Shown here: piece by piece, positions 57,092 to 64,000 of the stretch
Position numbering within the stretch: the first letter of the stretch is position 1
Layout of the letters: each line of letters starts with the position of its first letter
NCBI RefSeq assembly: GCF_009914755.1
Contig: NC_060937.1
Source of the DNA: the human T2T-CHM13v2.0 reference genome, Homo sapiens
Reading direction: 5' to 3' (one strand)
DNA length: 64,000 nucleotides
Position numbers and translations under genes: made by a program
Notes under the pieces: model-generated
What the model was told of the DNA's origin: nothing
What the model saw: only the letters and a program-made list of their open reading frames with translations
Databases searched by the model: none

Positions 57092-59831
57092 TCCTGCGAG
57101 ATCACCAAATTTAATGTCAAGAGGGTCTCCAGTCTGGAATGCTCTAAATATTCACAGTGGAGTTGAGATCATTTAGGCATCCAAAAAAAAACAAAAAACA
57201 AATTCCTAAATCAAAATTAAATCTTAATTGCCAGATGAATAAGTGTTGCTTAACTGATCTGAATGTTTTTACCATTGATCAGTTTATTCATTTTAATAAT
57301 CTTTTAAAATGTCAGGCCTTTCTAAATTGGGGGTGGATGCAGTTTCAAATGACCTTTCAGGGAAATAAAATACAATTTATGGAATTGACTATAATACTTT
57401 ATCACTGCTACCATGGAAACAAACAGCAGTTCTCCTCCTTATTGTAACAAAAACCTTTTATAAATTAGGAATTCCTTCTTAATCTGGGTTCTTGTTAAAT
57501 ACAATCACTGGAAACAAAACGAAACTCAAGGTGTCTGCCTGGCTCTTGAATACAAAATGGCACATTCAAAAATTGCCTATAAACATGCATGTCATTAAAG
57601 CATTTATTTGCTTTAGTTTCGGGTACATAAATTCCTGGCATTTCTGCTTGAAAAGTCCTGACAGCTGAAACTGCAGGAATTCATGAACCTGTAAGTTATC
57701 CTTAGAAAAGGCATTCGGTGTAAAGTATATTAAATGGGCTTATATCTCAGCTCTGAATAAAAAGAGGGCGCCACTTGCCAAGTTGTCATGTTTCCAAATA
57801 TCCCCACACATTCTTTAAGCTACTATTCTGCAAAGAAGACAGCAGAGACTAGAGGATGGAGTTCAAGTTCAGCAGCCTAAGTCTGAGACATGGAACGTAG
57901 GAGGGACTACAGTTCTCTATGGGGTGGCAACCAGCTAACTAAATAGAAGACTAGAAGCTCTTCATTATTTAAGAGTTTGAGTTTTAACTGATGTCAGTGA
58001 AGGGAGATAGGTTGTACACATCAGATGAGTTGTGTGGATCACTGGTTTTACTCTTTCTTTCCCTTGACTTATAAGACAAAAGCGTAAGGTCAAATTCACA
58101 ATTTGCAACTGCATTCATCTCTTCAAGATGTGACAACATGTAGGTAAAATATACATTCCATTTTTGAATTTCTCATCTTGAATAAAATGTAAATAGCATT
58201 AGTTAAGCAGTGAATTGTATATTTAAGAGAAACTTCAATATACCTACAATACAGTATTTTGCTCTTTTTCTATTTTCATTTGCTACTGTAACATAATTCA
58301 TCATATTAACTTCATTGCATCAGTCTCAAGGCTCTGAAAGTGCTAAAACAGATATTGATCTGTGTGAGTTCATCCTATTCACAGCAGAACCTTCAACCAA
58401 AAGCAGAATGTATGCTGCTCTGTGAAGCATCTCCCCATAGATATGGTACCGGGAATGGGGGTTAAGATGGCACAAGGTCACACTGGGTTTCAAGTTTACT
58501 TTGCAGGATTGAAATTGATGCTTTGCATATCACCACAGATGTGATGTTCTGTAGTGCCAACACTTGGCACATGGAGGAACATAGGGAAAATGACCGTATT
58601 TGTAAAGTACTTGGGGTAAAAGATTGTGTTTGCTGATAACTGGAAGCCTGTCCTGGCTTTTTTTTTTTCCTTTCTAATAATCTTTATTTACTTTCACTTT
58701 CTTTTTTTAATTGAAGTTAAATAAGTGTACTTTACCATCTTTACCATTTTTAAGTGTACAGTTTAGTGGTAGTAAATATTCATTTGTACCCCTTCATCTC
58801 CCCGCTTCCTGACCTCTGATAACCCCTCCAATCTTGGCTTTACCTGGCTCTCTTCAGGTCTGAAAGAGTCACCATCCTGGCACTCTTATAAGACAATCGT
58901 GACTCAGAGGCAAAGGCTGGGGAGCTCTGCTAGGAAATAATCATGGTATAACAAAATTCACAGTATAGCCAGACGTCAAATGAGCATGTGATCTACAAAT
59001 AGTTTTGCAGTAGAATATCATAACAATGAAACAGCGCTGTGTAATAGTTTAGGAAGCAATTCAAACCAAAATAAGAGAAATGGAAGCCATTCAAAAGACT
59101 ATGTAACAATTTGTTACTATTAGTATAGTTATTTCCTGCCCCTGAGAGCCTTCAGAGAATAGGAATTCAGAGCTAACTTCCCATTGTACAATGAAGACAG
59201 CAAATGGAAATTATTTACTTAGATACTCCTGACAGCGCAATTACGGAATCAATACTGTACTATTAAGTTGCTTCAGAGGTTAAGTCAGTCCTGATCCTAT
59301 GACTTGAAATTGGCATACTTGCCCTGGTTCAACTGCTGATGTCCTTTGATATCCTGAGTACCTAACTTGCCTTGTCCTTCTCACTTTGCATCATGAAATA
59401 GAAAAGAATTAAAGCTTGCCCTCTCCTTTATTTCATGGGAATAGAATAAGGATAAATGAGGAGTTAAAGGTGCATCTCTGTGCACAAAGAGGAAGAAAGT
59501 TCAGCAGTGCGAGGCTGGCTAGTCTCACATGGCCAGAAACTCCTGCCAGTCAGAACAGGACGGTCACCATAGTGCCAGTTTGCAGAAACAAGACTAGATC
59601 CTTCCGCAGACACATCACACTGGAGTTCAGCGTATGAATCAGAGATGCCTCAATCTCATTGCATGAGTACTATGAGGAAAGCACTGGCTAGTTGGTAGCC
59701 ATTTCTCACTGACAACATCTCCCCAACATGAGAATAGGACTTCGTACTTCAATTTCACAATTGTCTTCAGGTAAAGAAAGTGGAGAATATGTTCAACAAC
59801 CTAATATAGTCCATAAACCATAATCACCTGA

Positions 59832-59927
<96 letters not shown>

Positions 59928-60532
59928 TGAGTAACCTCTTTCTCATATTGTAGGTATAATTTTAAGCAAAGACTAAAAGGATAGAATGGTACTTTTTCAA
60001 GGCTCGACTTGATTGTAGGGAAGTGGGAGGAATAGGTTATCACAAAGTACTTAGATTAGTTATTACACTGAAAGAATTATTAAACGATTCCTACCTTTAC
60101 CAGAAGACATACAAGGGTTCTCCTTAACCTTGTCTTCTCTAGCTTGGGTCACTTCCACAATATTTTAGCATTTTATTTCTTTTCTAACTCTTGCTAACTT
60201 GCTATGCATTTTCTTAAAATGCTAGTCTACTAAGGATGTCACCAAAAAGGACAAAAGCAAAAATTGCCCCACATACTTAGTTATTATACCCTTACAATCT
60301 AACATGATGTAATATCCCAAAACATTTTAGGACCACTTTCTCTGCCCTGGCCCTGGTGTTGCACACACTGGGCTTGTGGTTATCTGTACCTTCTGGATAC
60401 CCCTTGAATTTGCCCCCTCTGCTCATTCAGCCGAATACTTTCAGACGCAGATGTCCATATCCATAATCATCATCAGTGGCTCATATTCTAATTATATGTG
60501 ACTAAAATAGGGTATTGAGTTTGCCTAATTAA

Positions 60533-60625
<93 letters not shown>

Positions 60626-60749
60626 TAAGTACTCTAATTCTTCTTTCTCCCATAGAGGATCATAGTCTTGATGATATATAACAGTGCTAATGTAGTTTCC
60701 ACTATTTGACATATCTTATTTTTATACTTGCTTTTCTGATTATCATATA

Positions 60750-60960
60750 ATCTGCAGAACTTTATCCAGGCAATTCAATGTCATGTCAAGTAGTGGTTAT
60801 GTGCCTGTGCATTTTAGGATGCTAAGAACCATCTGTGGCCTCTACCCACTAGATGCCTGTAGTATACCCCTTCTCCCAAGAGTTGTGACAACTAAAAATG
60901 TTTCCAGACATTGCTGAATGTCCCTTGGGAGGAAAAATTGACCTCTGCTGAAAACCACTG
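60750..60960 (-). mobile_element. MER20
   Basis: 'ctgtgcattttaggatg..tggcctctacccactagatgcc..gttgtgacaactaaaaatgtttccagacattgc..gaaaaccactg'. Confidence 0.88.
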
Positions 60961-61064
60961 TACTGAAAAGTAAGCAAGTTAAGAACTTGTTCTGCTTTCC
61001 AGAGCATTCAGAGAGAAGTCTGAAAACATGATAGCTTGTAGTATTTCACCACTTTCCAGACTGA

Positions 61065-61805
<741 letters not shown>

Positions 61806-62590
61806 CAGGCAACTTTCTTAATTTTCCTAGACCTCTTTATTTTCATCTGTAAATTATAATTCCTTTCCAAGAAGGATGTTATGAGGATTATATCACATAA
61901 CAGTTAAACAGTTCCACATGCAAAGCTCCTGGCATATAGTAGGTGCTCAATGTGGCTTCCTTCTCCCACTCCTGCCCTCACCGGCCACTGCAAGTAAGAG
62001 GAAACACAACCTGGCTTCACAGGCAACAAGAGGAATAGAGGCCTATTTCCCCTTACTCTAATTTCTTCTATAAAATATAGTTTAAAACAGTGGTTTGAAT
62101 ATGCAAATAGTTTCACTCTTTCACCCAGAAAGCTCCTTATGAATAGCGTGACATCCATCCATTGATTTAAACACACCTTATTTAATACATCAGTTTAACA
62201 CCATGTGACCAAAGAACCCTCTGTGATTTCCTAAAAATTATACTTTAATTCATCCTTCAGCTCAGCCAATTAGTAGGTTAAGGCATTTATGGAGCCCAAA
62301 TGCATTCAATACGTGGAGTTTGTGCCAGACCCAGGTACCCAGAGGTGACAGATACAACCTGGGTCTTTAAGTCCAGCAGGAGGTGGAGGCAGCAGGGAGA
62401 AAGCAAAACAATCAGGATCCAACTTGATAAGTGGGATGGAAGCTGTAGGAATTTGGAGGAAAGAGTTGCTCCAACCACAGACGGAAGGAAAAGCTCTCAG
62501 GGAAGGGACAGGTGAGCCAAGTATGGAAGCACACAAAGGAGTAGGCCAGGTGTTGAGGGGAGGCAGGTTTTATTTCACAAATGTCTCTAA

Positions 62591-62695
<105 letters not shown>

Positions 62696-63758
62696 TAAGT
62701 ATTCATCAACCTTTCAATACATCTATCGATACATTGCAATGACATCTAGCACTAGCTTACAAAAAGAACTTTTAAAAAAATCAAGCCCACAAAAATTTTT
62801 ATTAGTCAAAACTTCTCCTGTGTTTCCAGCCACAGTTACTGTTAATATAATACTTCCTGGCCATGGCTCAAAGGGAAGAGCTGACCAGATCATAATGAAT
62901 ATTTTAAGCCTACTAGTTGATTTTTCTATCCCTTTTAATTTCCTTTAGTACTAAGGCATGTTTTTATTTGCAGTGGTTGACCAAAGATAGTATTAATTTT
63001 TATATCCTATGTTTATATTTTCTTAGAATCTCCCAGGAGTTCATCTCCAACTCCATTTTTAATGGAAGAAAATGTGCCTTTGCCCAGCAAGACTCACTGA
63101 AACTTTCAAAATCTTTGTCCTACCAAGAGAGCTGTCTCACAATAATATTTTCACTGTTTATTAATACACTAGAATGATTTATCAGCAGGGGATTATTATA
63201 TTCCTTTACAACTGATCATATAACATCATTATTTTTCCATTTGTCAAAAGGAACCACAATATCATAAATTAATCCTGCAGCTTAACATGCTCAAGAGTTG
63301 TTTTCTTTCCCCAAATTCCCCCTACTGTCACTTCTCCAATTTAATGCAGTTTCCAATGTGGCCCTTTAATATTATAAATGATTAATGATGCCCTTAAGAA
63401 GAAACTTTGGATGTATGGCACTGGAAATGATTACAACGTGAAGTTTACAAGGAAAATTACCATGAACTTCAAAATTATTACCCAATATATACTTTTGTTT
63501 CATCTCATAAAATTAAACTGTGTAACATCTATTCCTAGGATATGTATCATACTTATGCATTCATAGTTTCTTTGACAACATCTGCTCCCTAATCTTTGCC
63601 ATACACATGTTTTAAAGACCATTTTGAAATAGCTATATATGTTATCATCATAAGATATTAATTTTAGCACGCAAGTTTTGAAATTTTAAAATAATAAAAA
63701 GACTGTCCTAAAAGTGTCATATCATTTTATTTCTAATTAACATTTTCTTTGTGTAAAG

Positions 63759-63830
63759 GTCTATGGTTAATAACTACTTAGAAGCTCTTCCCAAGCAGAT
63801 GTGTGCCCAAATGCCTCAACTCAACTGGGT
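63759..63830 (+). CDS. RXFP2: RXFP2 exon 9 (LRR); gene continues beyond the window
   Basis: gtaaag|G (L)SMVNNYLEALPKQMCAQMPQLNW+GT|gtgagt; 72 nt. Confidence 0.97.
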
Positions 63831-64000
63831 GTGAGTATTTATTTAGGAATTAATTTGTTATTTGCCCTGATTAAGGAAACTAGCCATAAAGTTAATTCAA
63901 GGTTACCTAGAAAGTCCATCTATAATTTCTTTCCAAAATCAAAATCTGATCATATTACCTTCCCAGTTTCAAAATTATTTGAGGGTTCCCAAAGGGTGAG

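Overview
This is primate genomic DNA, and the protein matches human RXFP2 as I recall it (13q13). The window holds about 24.8 kb of repeat-rich upstream sequence followed by the 5' half of RXFP2 (LGR8, the INSL3 receptor) on the + strand. Exons 1-9 can be assembled by hand with canonical GT-AG sites into 785 nt of continuous frame: signal peptide, LDLa module, GDxxGWxxxF linker, LRR N-cap, then 72-nt one-LRR exons. The gene continues past the window end. The upstream region has an LTR/ERV cluster with a decayed ERV1 env and an ERVL gag remnant, two 5'-truncated L1PA copies with clear TSDs, Alus, and a polyadenylated retrocopy fragment. Nearly all other ORFs in the track are repeat-derived or chance. 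I find no new multi-gene system. The most unusual signals are structural: (i) a B-A'-B' templated duplication with 5-bp microhomology in intron 1, next to a near-consensus CTCF motif; (ii) a retrocopy inserted at the apex of a palindrome without a normal TSD; (iii) a perfect 29-bp-arm hairpin in intron 1; (iv) inverted Alus bracketing the frame-symmetric LDLa exon. Repeat subfamily names come from recalled consensus sequences, and most repeat boundaries are approximate.
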